From a bacterium (GTDB taxonomy: Bacteria > Sysuimicrobiota > Sysuimicrobiia > Sysuimicrobiales > Segetimicrobiaceae): a stretch of 64,000 nucleotides of DNA. The notes beneath the pieces were generated by a model. That model was not told the DNA's origin and ran no database searches. It was given only the letters and a program-made list of their open reading frames with translations. The stretch is from positions 5,836-69,835 of the forward strand of contig DATEGA010000252.1 of NCBI GenBank assembly GCA_035280345.1, given 5' to 3'. Below, piece by piece: positions 36,031 through 46,238 of this stretch (position 1 is its first letter; each line of letters opens with the position of its first letter). A program made the position numbers and the translations under genes.

Positions 36031-37657
36031 CCGTAACGCACTGCTGCGCAGGGCCGATTGGCGATTCCTGCTGCCGGATCCCCGGCCGTCCAAGACCACG
36101 TGCTTCGCCGATGGTCCGTTGCGGAGCGCGACCGAGCTAATTTCGCAGTCGGTCGTCGATGCGCCGCCGGTCCCGCGGGGCGATTCTGATCTGGCCGTCG
36201 CGGTCGACGCGGACGACAGGACGCTCCGCGCCGCCTTCGCCAGTCTTCGTCCCGGCGGTTCGTGCTTCACGGAGTGGTACTCCCCATTAACCGGCGGTGC
36301 GAAGCGCATTCGGCGGCGGCTGCGAGCGGCCGGCTTTCAGGATGTCACCTGCTACTGGTGCTGGCCGTCGCCCGCCCGCTCGCGCCCTCAGTACTGGCTT
36401 CAACTCTCGGCGCCGGGGGCGTCCCGCTACTTTCTGCGCAGCCGATCCCCGGGCGGCGGCGCGATTCGCCGGTTCGTCCGGGCGGTCGTAAAGTACATCT
36501 GGCTCGTGTGTCAGCGGGTGGGGTTTCTCTTTCCCGTGTGCGCCGTCGCCCGCAAACCGGTACCGGTGCCGTCACGTGGCGGACCGGGCCCCGGTGTCTC
36601 GTCGCTGTCCGAACGTCGCGCGCCAATATGCGCATCACCCTTCATGGATGACCTTCGTGAGTTGACTCAGGCCGAATCTCAGACGCCGGACCGCGGTGCT
36701 TCGCCGCCCGTCTTCTCCCAGCTTGTTCTCACGATGGGACCCCGCAGTATTTCGAAAATTGTCACGCTGGTCTTCAGAGAACCCGACGATCGCCCGTGGC
36801 TGGCCGTCAAGATGCCGCGAGTGCCGGAGTCCGGCCCCGGGCTCATAAGAGAGGCGGCGACTCTTCAAGCTATTCGGGCGGAGTACGGGGATGGGCTGTC
36901 GTGGGCGCCGCGTGTGATATTCTGCCGCGAACGCTTCGGAACCGTCATCGTCGGCGAAACCGCCCTGGTTGGCCGGCTTCTGTCTACAATGCTCAGTCGC
37001 CGTAACTTTCGGGATTTCGCGCTACAGGTGACGGACTTGCTGGCTGAATTGGTGGCGTCATCGCAGCCCAAGGCGCGCACCGCCTGGTGGGATCGTTTGA
37101 TTGAGCCGGTCCTAAGCGATTTCAGCGAGTCGTTTTCGCAGGTCATAGACCCGGCCATGCTTCGCGACACGCGGGACGCTCTGACGACCTTGGACGCCCT
37201 TCCGCTGGTGTGTGAACAACGAGATCTCGCGCCCTGGAACATCCTCGTGACCCGAGACCGGCAGGTCGCGGCGCTTGATTGGGAGTCGGCGGAGTTGCGG
37301 GGGCTTCCGATCCTGGACCTCGTCTATTTTCTCACGTTCCTGAGTTTCTCGCTGAACCGCGCCATGTGCGGCGAGCGTCTGCGCACCTTCTACCGGACCA
37401 TTTGGGATCCGTCGACCTTCGCCGGTGGGGTGGTCCAGGAGTGCATGGTTCGCTACCTCGGCCGGGCGCGTCTTGATCGCGCCGCAATTGCCCCACTGCG
37501 GCTCTTAGTCTGGCTCATCCATTCGCGCTCCGAGTATCAACGCTTCGCGGCCGACGTTGCGGGGAAGCCCGGCCCGGAACTCCTGCGGCGCAGCATGTTC
37601 GTCGGCCTGTGGCAGGAAGAGTTACGGCGCGCGCCGCACCGTTCCGTCCCGTGTTGA
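36017..37657 (+). CDS. kinase-fold phosphotransferase (APH/choline-kinase-like) with a 200-aa N-terminal domain of unknown function; start uncertain
   Basis: QRDLAPWNILVTRDRQVAALDWESAEL resembles the Brenner catalytic-loop and D[FW]E metal-binding motifs of APH/ChoK-like kinases. Confidence 0.5.
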   Translation: MQEDSRNALLRRADWRFLLPDPRPSKTTCFADGPLRSATELISQSVVDAPPVPRGDSDLAVAVDADDRTLRAAFASLRPGGSCFTEWYSPLTGGAKRIRRRLRAAGFQDVTCYWCWPSPARSRPQYWLQLSAPGASRYFLRSRSPGGGAIRRFVRAVVKYIWLVCQRVGFLFPVCAVARKPVPVPSRGGPGPGVSSLSERRAPICASPFMDDLRELTQAESQTPDRGASPPVFSQLVLTMGPRSISKIVTLVFREPDDRPWLAVKMPRVPESGPGLIREAATLQAIRAEYGDGLSWAPRVIFCRERFGTVIVGETALVGRLLSTMLSRRNFRDFALQVTDLLAELVASSQPKARTAWWDRLIEPVLSDFSESFSQVIDPAMLRDTRDALTTLDALPLVCEQRDLAPWNILVTRDRQVAALDWESAELRGLPILDLVYFLTFLSFSLNRAMCGERLRTFYRTIWDPSTFAGGVVQECMVRYLGRARLDRAAIAPLRLLVWLIHSRSEYQRFAADVAGKPGPELLRRSMFVGLWQEELRRAPHRSVPC

Positions 37658-37685
37658 TGCGCACGACCTCCGTGCCGCCGATCGC

Positions 37686-38750
37686 ATGACGCCGCCGTAC
37701 GCGATCAGCGTCATCGTCCCGACACGGCAGCGCCGCGAGGCCGTGCGACGGTTGTTGGCGGCGCTTGGAAGGCAAACGCTTGCCGCGGACCGCTTCGAGG
37801 TCATCGTGTCCGTTGACGGCTCCAACGACGGCACCTCGGAGATGCTGGACCAACTGCCCACTTCGTACGCGCTGCGTCGCGTGTTCCAGCCGCACGGCGG
37901 CCGGGCGGCGGCGTGTAACGCGGGCGTTCGGGCCGCGCAGGGTGAGACCGTCGTGCTGCTCGACGACGATATGGCCCCGGTTCCAGAATGCCTGTCCGCA
38001 CATCTTTGCGCCCATGCGGCGCACCCCCGTACGGGCGTGCTGGGTGCGGTGCCGGTCGAGATCGGGGAATCGGTGCCGCCGGTGGCCGCGTACATCGCGG
38101 ACCGATTCGGCCGGCACCTCGCAAAAATCTCGGCACCCGGCTACAGTTTTCAGGTCCGAGATTTCTACTCTGGCAACTTTTCCATCCGGCGTGACCTCCT
38201 CGTTGATGTAGGGCTCTTTGATGAAGCCTTCACCATTTACGGCAACGAAGACATCGACTTGTGGCTGCGTCTCGCCCGTGCCGGAGTGGGGCTGCGTTAC
38301 AGCGCCGCGGCGATCGCGTACCAGTGCTATTCCAAGACATTCGCGGACCTTGCCCGCGATACCATTGCCAAGGGCCGTACGTCGGTGCTGCTCGCCACCA
38401 AGCACCCGCAGGCCTTCAGTGGTCTTAGACTCGCGACCCTGCACTCGGCGTCGCCACGATGGCGCGTCGCACGCGGTGCCCTGGTGAGCCTCAGCCTGTG
38501 GTGTCCCGCGGTGCCCGTGGGCGTCATGAGGGTTGTGACCGTAGCCGAGCGGCGCCGCCCGCGGCACCTGAGGCGGATCTACGATTTTGCGCTCGATTAT
38601 TTTTACTGGCTCGGTGCGTATCAGGCCCTGCACGAAGGCGGTCTACGGCAGCTGCTCGGTAGCATCCAGCAGACTCCTCGGGGTCGTCGTGCGAGCACGG
38701 CTTCCTTCGGCCCATCGAAGAGTGCACGAGGTCGTAGCGGCGGTGGCTGA
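37686..38750 (+). CDS. GT2 glycosyltransferase
   Basis: ISVIVPTRQRREAVRRLLAALGRQT...VIVSVDGSNDGT...VVLLDDDMAP. Confidence 0.7.
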   Translation: MTPPYAISVIVPTRQRREAVRRLLAALGRQTLAADRFEVIVSVDGSNDGTSEMLDQLPTSYALRRVFQPHGGRAAACNAGVRAAQGETVVLLDDDMAPVPECLSAHLCAHAAHPRTGVLGAVPVEIGESVPPVAAYIADRFGRHLAKISAPGYSFQVRDFYSGNFSIRRDLLVDVGLFDEAFTIYGNEDIDLWLRLARAGVGLRYSAAAIAYQCYSKTFADLARDTIAKGRTSVLLATKHPQAFSGLRLATLHSASPRWRVARGALVSLSLWCPAVPVGVMRVVTVAERRRPRHLRRIYDFALDYFYWLGAYQALHEGGLRQLLGSIQQTPRGRRASTASFGPSKSARGRSGGG

Positions 38751-40209
38751 TGCCGCGCCTGTCCCGACACGCCGCGCCGCGCCGGTTGGCGCAGCGTACG
38801 GAGGCGGCGACGACGCTGGCCGGCCGGCTGTGGCGTTCTTGCCGTGGGGCAATGTCATCGAGGACTTCACCGACACCATCGGCGTCTCGCTGGAGTCGTT
38901 TTGCGATTGGTTCACGGGCAGTTACATGTTTCGCTATGTCGAGGCCTTGCAACGCGCGGGCGTGCGCACCGTGCTGATCTGCATGACCACCCGCGTGACC
39001 CGAGCGATGCGGGTTACACACCGTCCCAGCAACGCGACCGTCTACTTCCTGCCGGCGCCGAAAATTTACCGGTTTCTTCAGCGCATCATGGGCGGTCCGT
39101 CGGGGCCCTACCGGCGGTCGGTACGGGAGGCGTTCGGGGAAATCCGAGGGATTCGGCTGCTGCTCATGCCCGTTTTGACGGTGCTGAAGGAACTGGCACT
39201 CTACCTGACGACGCCGCCGCTGACGCTTGCGGGTGTCCTGCGCCGTGAACGCTGCGCCGCCGTCCTCTGTCAGGAGTACGAATACCCGCGCTTCGATGTG
39301 TGTGTCGCCCTCGGCCGGGTGATGCGGGTGCCGGTGTTCGCCACCTTCCAGGGTGGTGATTATCAGAGGAGCCGGATCGAGCGCGTAGTCCGTCCTTTCT
39401 CCATGCGCGCGTGCGCGGGCCTGATCGTTGCCCCGCGGGCGGAGATTCGGCGTGTTCAAGACCGCTACCACGTTCCCGAACGCAAACTCGCGCGGATTTT
39501 CACGCCGATCGATCGCGATATCTGGTGCGCCGAGGATCGCCGCGACGCGCGCGCCGCCTTGGGCCTCCCGCTCAGCGCCGGCGTCGTCGTGTGGCACGGC
39601 CGCATCTCAATATGGCCGAAAGGCCTGGATCTTTTGCTCGACGCGTGGACGCAAGTCTGCCGTACACGTCCCGGACGGGCGTTGCGGCTGATCCTCGTCG
39701 GTACAGGGCAAGATGCGGCGGAGTTCCGGCGCCGCGCGGCGACCGCCGTCGAGGGGACCGTCTGGTGGATCAACGAGTTCGTACACGATCGGCGGGTCAT
39801 CCGACGGTATCTCAGCGCGGCCGATGTCTACGCGTTTCCATCGCGCCACGAGGGGTTTCCGGTCGCTCCGCTCGAGGCTATGAGCTGCGGCTTGCCGATC
39901 GTCGCGGCCAAAGTGAAAGGGATTCCAGACATCCTCGAGGGCGGTGAGGCAGCGGGGGGCCTCGTTGTGCCACCGGGCGACCCCCAACAACTGGCGGCGG
40001 CAATCGGCCGTTTGCTTGACGACGAAGGGGCACGCCGCGAACTTGGACAGCGTGCGAGGCGCCGCATCGAGGCCGCGTTCTCGCTGAACACCGTAGGCCT
40101 GGCCCTGCGCGCCTTTCTCATTGAGGGTCGCCACCCCGGTGAGGCCGCTGAGTCCGGCGACGTGGGCGCTGATGGGTGCAACGGGAAGGCGCGCGATGGC
40201 GGAGCGTGA
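38740..40209 (+). CDS. GT4 glycosyltransferase (N-terminal boundary uncertain)
   Basis: FPSRHEGFPVAPLEAMSCGLPIVAAKVKGIPDIL...GLVVPPGD. Confidence 0.6.
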   Translation, partial: AVADAAPVPTRRAAPVGAAYGGGDDAGRPAVAFLPWGNVIEDFTDTIGVSLESFCDWFTGSYMFRYVEALQRAGVRTVLICMTTRVTRAMRVTHRPSNATVYFLPAPKIYRFLQRIMGGPSGPYRRSVREAFGEIRGIRLLLMPVLTVLKELALYLTTPPLTLAGVLRRERCAAVLCQEYEYPRFDVCVALGRVMRVPVFATFQGGDYQRSRIERVVRPFSMRACAGLIVAPRAEIRRVQDRYHVPERKLARIFTPIDRDIWCAEDRRDARAALGLPLSAGVVVWHGRISIWPKGLDLLLDAWTQVCRTRPGRALRLILVGTGQDAAEFRRRAATAVEGTVWWINEFVHDRRVIRRYLSAADVYAFPSRHEGFPVAPLEAMSCGLPIVAAKVKGIPDILEGGEAAGGLVVPPGDPQQLAAAIGRLLDDEGARRELGQRARRRIEAAFSLNTVGLALRAFLIEGRHPGEAAESGDVGADGCNGKARDGGA

Positions 40210-41440
40210 GATGCGGCCAATGCGCATTGTGTTTTCGTATCCGTGGCGGCTCGACGATCTTGGTGGCTCCCAGATCTCCGTCCCGCTGCTCGCGGAAGCA
40301 CTGGTCCGGCGTGGCCACCAGGTCGGCATCGTCGAGATGACGTCCGCGCCCTCGAGTAAGGTCGCGAAGGTCTTCAGCGGGCAGTTATGGACTGCGCCGA
40401 AGGTCTCTCCATCCAGCCACCCATGGCGGGGTGTGCGTTGCAGCGTCACGCAGGTTCGACAGACCCTGCGGAGCCTTAAGGCAGGCATCTGGGCGTGGCG
40501 AGGTGTACTTCACAGCATCGCCCATTTTCAGCAAGTGCTCCGGAGCTTTCAGGCGGACATCGTTTCCGTCCAATGCCCCTGGCGCCAGGCGCCGTCCGCG
40601 GTCGGGACACACCTCTTTCCGCATCACTGGCGGCTTGTGGTGACTGTGCGCGCGTCCGGTGACGTCCGCGCCAGTGCCGACGCGGACGCGTGGCTGCGAG
40701 TCTGGCAGCGGCACCTGTATGCGAGGGCCGACGCCGTGACACTGGTCAGCGACGCCCTTCGCCGGGAACTCGTCGCGCTCTACCCGTTTGCCGAGCGGCG
40801 CAGCCGCGTGATTTGCAACGGCCTTGATCCCTCCTGGTTCGCGCGGCCGGCCGGGTTGCTCCGGACGGCCGCGACGCGCTATGCGCTCTTCGTCGGCCGG
40901 TTAGACCAGAGTAAGGGCGTCGATGTGTTGCTGCATGCCTGGCAGCAAGTGCGCGCGCGCGCCGGCGGGGTCGCGCTGTGGCTCGCGGGTGATGGGCCGG
41001 AGGCAGGCAAGCTGAGCGAGCTATCTCAGCGATTGAACCTCGCGCCCGATGTGAAATTTTTGGGGCGCATCGCCCCCGATAGTCTACGCGCGCTGTATCG
41101 TGACGCCGAGCTGGTCGTCATCCCATCGCGAACCGAAGGGTCCTCGCGAGTGGCCCTCGAAGCCGGCGCGAGTGGTGCCCTCTGCGTGGCGACGTCCGTA
41201 GGAGGGATACCGGAGATCGTGGACCACACGGTGACCGGGTTCCTCGTGGACCCTGACTCGTCAAACGCGCTGGCGGCCGCCATTCTTCGAGCGCTCGAAC
41301 TGCCGGCGGCAGAGCGCGTCGCCATGAAGGCGGCTGCCCGCGGCAAAATTGCCGGACAATTTTCCCACGACCGCACCGCGGACGCGTTTGAGGAACTGTT
41401 TTGGGCGCTGCTCGCCGCGCCGAAAGGGCCGAGGCCGTGA
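40196..41440 (+). CDS. GT4 glycosyltransferase
   Basis: VIPSRTEGSSRVALEAGASGALCVATSVGGIPEIVDHTVTGFLVDPD. Confidence 0.7.
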   Translation: MAEREMRPMRIVFSYPWRLDDLGGSQISVPLLAEALVRRGHQVGIVEMTSAPSSKVAKVFSGQLWTAPKVSPSSHPWRGVRCSVTQVRQTLRSLKAGIWAWRGVLHSIAHFQQVLRSFQADIVSVQCPWRQAPSAVGTHLFPHHWRLVVTVRASGDVRASADADAWLRVWQRHLYARADAVTLVSDALRRELVALYPFAERRSRVICNGLDPSWFARPAGLLRTAATRYALFVGRLDQSKGVDVLLHAWQQVRARAGGVALWLAGDGPEAGKLSELSQRLNLAPDVKFLGRIAPDSLRALYRDAELVVIPSRTEGSSRVALEAGASGALCVATSVGGIPEIVDHTVTGFLVDPDSSNALAAAILRALELPAAERVAMKAAARGKIAGQFSHDRTADAFEELFWALLAAPKGPRP

Positions 41441-42207
41441 ACGGCGGCACCGCTGCGCGGTCGACTCCCGTGATCGACTTCACAAGACAGGCACTGAGAC
41501 GCGTGCGACGCGCGGCAGCCGGCCGCTTGGCGCGCGCGATTACGCACGTCTCGACGACGGAGCCCGTGGCCGCGCTGACATTTGACGACGGCCCGGACCC
41601 TGTGCACACGTCCCGGCTGCTGGATCTGCTCGAGAAGTACCGGGTCCGCGCGACCTTCTTCATGATTGGTCAAGCCGCCCTGAAGCATCCCGACATCGTG
41701 CGCCGCGTTGCCGACGGCGGACACAGCATCGGCAACCACACGTGGAGCCACCGGTCCTTTCCGTCGATTTCCACTCACGAGCGGTGCGCAGAGATTCGGG
41801 CGTGCGAACGCGCGCTTGCTCCCTATAGCCTCAGACTCTTCCGTCCGCCGTACGGCGATCAAAGTGTCGGGTCGTGGCTTGACGCGACACGACTGCGCTA
41901 TGCCGTCGTGACCTGGAATGCGACTGGGCACGACTGGCACGGCCGCGATGCGGCTTGGATCGTGGAGCAGGTCATGAGCCGGTTCCGTCCGGGCAGCATC
42001 ATCGGACTCCACGACGGGTTGTTTGACGCCAGCAGCGAGGACTGCCTGGACCGTGGGCCGACGCTGAGTGCGGTGGAGATCCTGCTCGCCCGCTTGGGCG
42101 GCGCGTTTCGTTTCGTCACCGTCCCCGAACTCCTCCGGCATGGCCGGCCCGTGCGTGCAGCCTGGCTTCAGGATGGCACATCAGGGCGGCGAGACGGTCC
42201 GGAATGA
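41437..42207 (+). CDS. polysaccharide deacetylase (CE4 / NodB homology domain)
   Basis: ALTFDDGPDPVHTSRLLDLLEKYRVRATFFMIGQ...GHSIGNHTWSHRSF...LFRPPYG matches NodB motifs 1-3. Confidence 0.75.
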   Translation: MNGGTAARSTPVIDFTRQALRRVRRAAAGRLARAITHVSTTEPVAALTFDDGPDPVHTSRLLDLLEKYRVRATFFMIGQAALKHPDIVRRVADGGHSIGNHTWSHRSFPSISTHERCAEIRACERALAPYSLRLFRPPYGDQSVGSWLDATRLRYAVVTWNATGHDWHGRDAAWIVEQVMSRFRPGSIIGLHDGLFDASSEDCLDRGPTLSAVEILLARLGGAFRFVTVPELLRHGRPVRAAWLQDGTSGRRDGPE

Positions 42208-43763
42208 CGTCCTCCGGGGCCGATTCACGCGGAAGGTCCCGCGGTACTGACGTTGCAGATGACCCCGCAGAGACCCTGAGTGGAGCCACGCCGGAGGTTT
42301 CGGGCGGGCCCCCCGTGGCGCCCCCGATACTTCTCGGCGGGATTCTCGCACTTGGCGCGGTTCTTGCCGTGTTCCGATCGGGTGTCCGAAGCTTTTGGCA
42401 GGATGAAGCCACCAGTGTCGCGCTGGCGCATCTCAAGTGGACGTCCCTGGCCAAAGTCTTGTGGCACGGCGAGAACAACATGGCCCTCTACTACGGCGTT
42501 CTCCACGTGTGGATCGGGGCAGTGGGTGACAGGGAGTCTGCCGTCAGGATGTTCTCTGCACTCGCGGCCGTCGGCGCCGTTGGTGCGCTGTACCTCCTCG
42601 GGGCGCGCATGTTCGATCGACGCGTGGGGTTCATCGCCGCGCTGCTGCTGTCGGTGAATGCGTATCAGATCAGATACGGGCAGGAAGCCCGCAGCTACAG
42701 CCTTCTCGTCCTTCTCGTCACTCTATCCTCGTGGGCCTATTGTCGCGTGCTCGAACGGCCGCACCGTGCCAACATGGTTTTATATTGCACCGCGAGCATT
42801 CTTGCAGTGTACGCGCATTTCTTTGCGGCGCTCGTCTTGGCGGCGCAGTGGCTGTCTTTGGTGTTTGTTGGACGGCGCGCACCAGCGCTGAAGGCCGCGT
42901 TGGCGAGCGCGGGAATCATCTGTCTATTGCTCGTTCCACTGGCCGTCCTGGCGGCGAGGAACCCGCACCAAGTCGATTGGATTCCAACCCCGGGCCCAAA
43001 GGCGATCCTCTTTCTATTCTATGCGCTGACCGGGGCCGCTCCGACCGGGGCGAAGGCCCTCCTGCTGGCATATTTCGGTGCGTGTGCGGCTGCATTCGGT
43101 GTTGGAGTCAAACAATTTGCCGCGGGTCGGTTTTCGCGGGCAACGTGGACGTACGGCTTTCTCGTGATGTGGCTGGCCGTCCCACTCGTGGTCACGCTTG
43201 CCATCTCAGTCGTGAAGCCGATTTTCATGATGTATTACCTCATCATTTTGTTGCCGCCGCTTGTCCTGTTGGCCGCGGCGGGGATCTCCAAGATTCCAAC
43301 GACCGCGGGCATCGCTGCCGCGGTGGTGCTCATCGTGGCGATGGCCCTCTACGAAGACGCGCGCTATCTGTGGAGCGCCGCCGACGAGGATTGGAGAGGC
43401 GCCGTGGCCTATGCGGCGTCGCAGCTGCAACCCGACGACGGCTTTGTGTTTGACCCGACATACGTAGAGACCCCCTTCGTCTATTATCGTCCCCGCCTCT
43501 TTGCCGCCGGGGAACCGCCGCCCGCGGCGTTCCCGTGGGATTGGAGCTGGGAGAGAATTGCCGACGGGCAGCCGAGAATAACCCGGATTCCCGGGGAGGT
43601 GGTGCGTACGCTCCCCTCCCGGTATTCGAGAATCTGGCTCTTTTCCAGGCGGGGAGAGACGGAGCCGCGGCTTACGGCGGTGCTGGCGGCAGGTTGCGCT
43701 CGAGGAACTCAGAGGGACTTCGGCGCCGTGACCCTCACGCTCTACGGCCGATGCAAACCGTAG
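42204..43763 (+). CDS. GT-C fold membrane glycosyltransferase (ArnT/PMT_2, GT39/GT83-like)
   Basis: ATGA overlap. Eleven or more TM segments. The first periplasmic loop FWQDEATSVALAHLKW...NMALYYGVLHVW carries the DE motif typical of ArnT/PMT enzymes. Confidence 0.6.
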   Translation: MTSSGADSRGRSRGTDVADDPAETLSGATPEVSGGPPVAPPILLGGILALGAVLAVFRSGVRSFWQDEATSVALAHLKWTSLAKVLWHGENNMALYYGVLHVWIGAVGDRESAVRMFSALAAVGAVGALYLLGARMFDRRVGFIAALLLSVNAYQIRYGQEARSYSLLVLLVTLSSWAYCRVLERPHRANMVLYCTASILAVYAHFFAALVLAAQWLSLVFVGRRAPALKAALASAGIICLLLVPLAVLAARNPHQVDWIPTPGPKAILFLFYALTGAAPTGAKALLLAYFGACAAAFGVGVKQFAAGRFSRATWTYGFLVMWLAVPLVVTLAISVVKPIFMMYYLIILLPPLVLLAAAGISKIPTTAGIAAAVVLIVAMALYEDARYLWSAADEDWRGAVAYAASQLQPDDGFVFDPTYVETPFVYYRPRLFAAGEPPPAAFPWDWSWERIADGQPRITRIPGEVVRTLPSRYSRIWLFSRRGETEPRLTAVLAAGCARGTQRDFGAVTLTLYGRCKP

Positions 43764-45499
43764 AGAACCGCCGGCGGGCTATCGGAATCTACTCCGGCGC
43801 GGTTCTGGCCTGCGTGGTTCTCCTCGCCGGGGTGCTCCAGCTGTGGCACATGGATGTTCGCGTTCCGTTGAGATCCCTAGGCGATGATACCTTGTTCCAT
43901 ACGATGCTCGTCAAAGGGCTCGTCGAGAACGGCTGGCCGCTGCGCAATCCGCTCTTGGGGGCCCCCGGGACATCGGAGTTGTACGATTTCCCGGAGGCGA
44001 GCAACCTCGACCTCGGCCTCATGAAGCTCGTTGCGCTCGCTTCGAAAGATTATGCCACGGTTCTGAACACGTTCTTTCTCCTGACGTTCCCGTTGACGGT
44101 GGTGACGTCCCTTTACGCGCTTCGACAGCTTCGCATTTCTTACCCCAGCGCGATTGTGGGCAGTCTCCTCTACTCGTTCCTTCCATATCATTTCCTCCGG
44201 GGCGAGTCCCACCTCTTTCTCGCCGCGTACTACGTCGCTCCCCTTATCGTGGTGGTCGCCGTATGGATTCTGCGTCCCGACGGCGGTCCGAAGCATGAGC
44301 GGTTCGGATGGCCTGCCGCCAAAGTGGCCGCGGGGATCGGCATCGCTCTAGCCGTGGCATCCAGTTTCATCTACTATGCGGTGTTCGGCGCCTTCATCAT
44401 CGCGATCGCCGGCCTGCTGGCGGTTCGTCTGCAGGACCGGCGGGTACGCCGCGCACGAATGACCCTGGCCGCGTGTCTTGCCGGCCTCATCGCCTTCACG
44501 TACCTGCTCAATGTGTCTCCGTCGTTGCTCTATATCGTACAGCACGGGAGGAATCGCGTGATGAGTGTCCGCGATCCCGCCGAAGCACAAATCTACGGTT
44601 TGAAGATCGCGACGCTCTTCTTGCCGATCGCGCACCACCGGGTGCATCTGCTGGCCTCGATCCGGGCCCGGTATGATGAGGGGGCCCCGCTTACGAACGA
44701 GAACGGGATGGCATCGCTGGGAGCGGTGGGAGCGATCGGGTTTCTCCTATTGCTGACAAATCTTACCCTCGGTATCCCGGAGGGGCAGGACAAAGCCATG
44801 CTCCACAATCTTGCCTCGCTGAACCTCGCGTGCGTACTCCTCGGTACGCTCGGCGGTCTGGGGACACTGGCATCGCACGTCCTGCCGTTGTTGAGGTCCT
44901 ATAACCGGATCAGCATTTTCATCGGATTTTTCTCCCTGGCGGCCGTGATGATGGTGCTCGATCGGCTGAGTGCCTGGTTACGCGAGCGGCGCGGCGGGTG
45001 GGTCGTCTATCCGGTCCTGGCCACCCTGGTGCTCGCGGGAGTGTGGGACCAAACGAGTCCATCGTATGTGCCCGACTACGCGGCGTTGCGCGCCGTCGAT
45101 GCAAGCGATGCCGCCTTTGTGGGACGACTCGAGGCGTCCTCGCCCTTGCACGCGATGATCTTTCAACTCCCGTACATGCAGTTTCCCGAACCGCTGGGAG
45201 ATTTTCCGCCCACACTGGAGACGTACACGCATCTGCGAGGGTACCTGCACTCTCGGACTTTGCGATGGAGCTACGGCGCGATGAAGGGAAGGGCGGTTGA
45301 TGCATGGCAGAAGACTGTCGCGTCGCAGCCGATGGGAGAGCTCGTCGCCGCGGTCCGCGCGGCCGGGTTTTCAGGCATCTATGTTGACCGGAACGGGTAC
45401 GCAGACGGGGGTCGGACAGTGATGGCGGCGCTTTCGGAAGCGCTTCGCACGACGCCGCTAGTCAGTCCCAATGGGCGGCTTGTGTACTTTCCGTTATAG
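43751..45499 (+). CDS. polytopic membrane protein with large C-terminal periplasmic domain; possible GT-C-like glycosyltransferase (family unassigned)
   Basis: The N-terminal half has ten or more hydrophobic helices. A soluble C-terminal domain of about 150 aa follows. No diagnostic motif was recognised. Confidence 0.35.
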   Translation: MQTVENRRRAIGIYSGAVLACVVLLAGVLQLWHMDVRVPLRSLGDDTLFHTMLVKGLVENGWPLRNPLLGAPGTSELYDFPEASNLDLGLMKLVALASKDYATVLNTFFLLTFPLTVVTSLYALRQLRISYPSAIVGSLLYSFLPYHFLRGESHLFLAAYYVAPLIVVVAVWILRPDGGPKHERFGWPAAKVAAGIGIALAVASSFIYYAVFGAFIIAIAGLLAVRLQDRRVRRARMTLAACLAGLIAFTYLLNVSPSLLYIVQHGRNRVMSVRDPAEAQIYGLKIATLFLPIAHHRVHLLASIRARYDEGAPLTNENGMASLGAVGAIGFLLLLTNLTLGIPEGQDKAMLHNLASLNLACVLLGTLGGLGTLASHVLPLLRSYNRISIFIGFFSLAAVMMVLDRLSAWLRERRGGWVVYPVLATLVLAGVWDQTSPSYVPDYAALRAVDASDAAFVGRLEASSPLHAMIFQLPYMQFPEPLGDFPPTLETYTHLRGYLHSRTLRWSYGAMKGRAVDAWQKTVASQPMGELVAAVRAAGFSGIYVDRNGYADGGRTVMAALSEALRTTPLVSPNGRLVYFPL

Positions 45500-45539
45500 C
45501 GGCCCCCTCGGCCCGGTCCTCAGTCCGACGTACCGAACA

Positions 45540-46238
45540 TCACGGCGCGCGCCATATGCCGAGCACGGACTTGCCGATTCGATAGCCCAGCGCCCTATCG
45601 GCCCAGCGTGAGCAGGGAACCAGCATTCGGTCCCACACCTTGACTTGGGCAGCGGTTGGCATGCTGCTTCGCAGCATCAAGCGATTGCCGAGAGAGGCAA
45701 GCAGGCCGACGCAGTCGAGGTAGCAGAGGCGCTCCCGCTGCAGGTGCGGAGGGACGATCCGGGCGAGGCTGGCTGCGGTGTACCGCCGGCAGTGCCCCAC
45801 CGCCGCATCGAACGGGGTGTAGAGCCAGGGGTGTGCCGGGGCCAACAGCATGAGGACCCCTTGCGGCCGGAGGTGTTGTGCGACCAGCGCGAGTTCTCCG
45901 CGATCATCGGGGATATGCTCGAGCACGTCCACGTAGAGGACCGCGTCAAACAGTTGATCTGGTTCTAGCGTCGCGAGCGTGCCCTGCACGACTGTCCGGC
46001 GATCGAGCGTCCCCGCGCCGGCGCGCAGGCGGTCCACGAGGACCGAGTCGGGCTCGACACAGACCCATCGTGAGCAGGGAACATCGGCGAAAAGCCGTGT
46101 GGTCGCGCCGATCCCCGCCCCGACCTCGAGCACGTCGCCGTGAAGATACGTTTCGACCAACCCGCGGAAATATTGCTTCCAATTCCGAGCGGCCTCGAAC
46201 AAGGGCAGCTCGGTTCCCACATATCGGTAGTCAGCCAT
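45540..46238 (-). CDS. class I SAM-dependent methyltransferase (last gene of minus-strand GT-C module)
   Basis: VLEVGAGIGATTRLFADV (motif I), FDAVLYVDVLEHIPDD, LRPQGVLMLLAP. Overlaps the upstream GT2 by 8 nt. Confidence 0.65.
   Translation of the reverse strand: MADYRYVGTELPLFEAARNWKQYFRGLVETYLHGDVLEVGAGIGATTRLFADVPCSRWVCVEPDSVLVDRLRAGAGTLDRRTVVQGTLATLEPDQLFDAVLYVDVLEHIPDDRGELALVAQHLRPQGVLMLLAPAHPWLYTPFDAAVGHCRRYTAASLARIVPPHLQRERLCYLDCVGLLASLGNRLMLRSSMPTAAQVKVWDRMLVPCSRWADRALGYRIGKSVLGIWRAP

Noticed and set aside
37557-37685. N-terminal extension of the GT2 gene (ORF begins 37557)
   Set aside because: The extension overlaps the end of the preceding kinase-like gene and is Cys/Arg-rich. The conserved GT2 N-terminus (ISVIVPTRQ) begins just after Met at 37686.
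45500-45539. Bidirectional terminator at the convergent junction (plus-strand array end / minus-strand MTase end)
   Set aside because: Only short GGCC-type palindromes are present (cggccccctcggcccgg) with no clear stem of 6 bp or more. The evidence is too weak to list as a feature.
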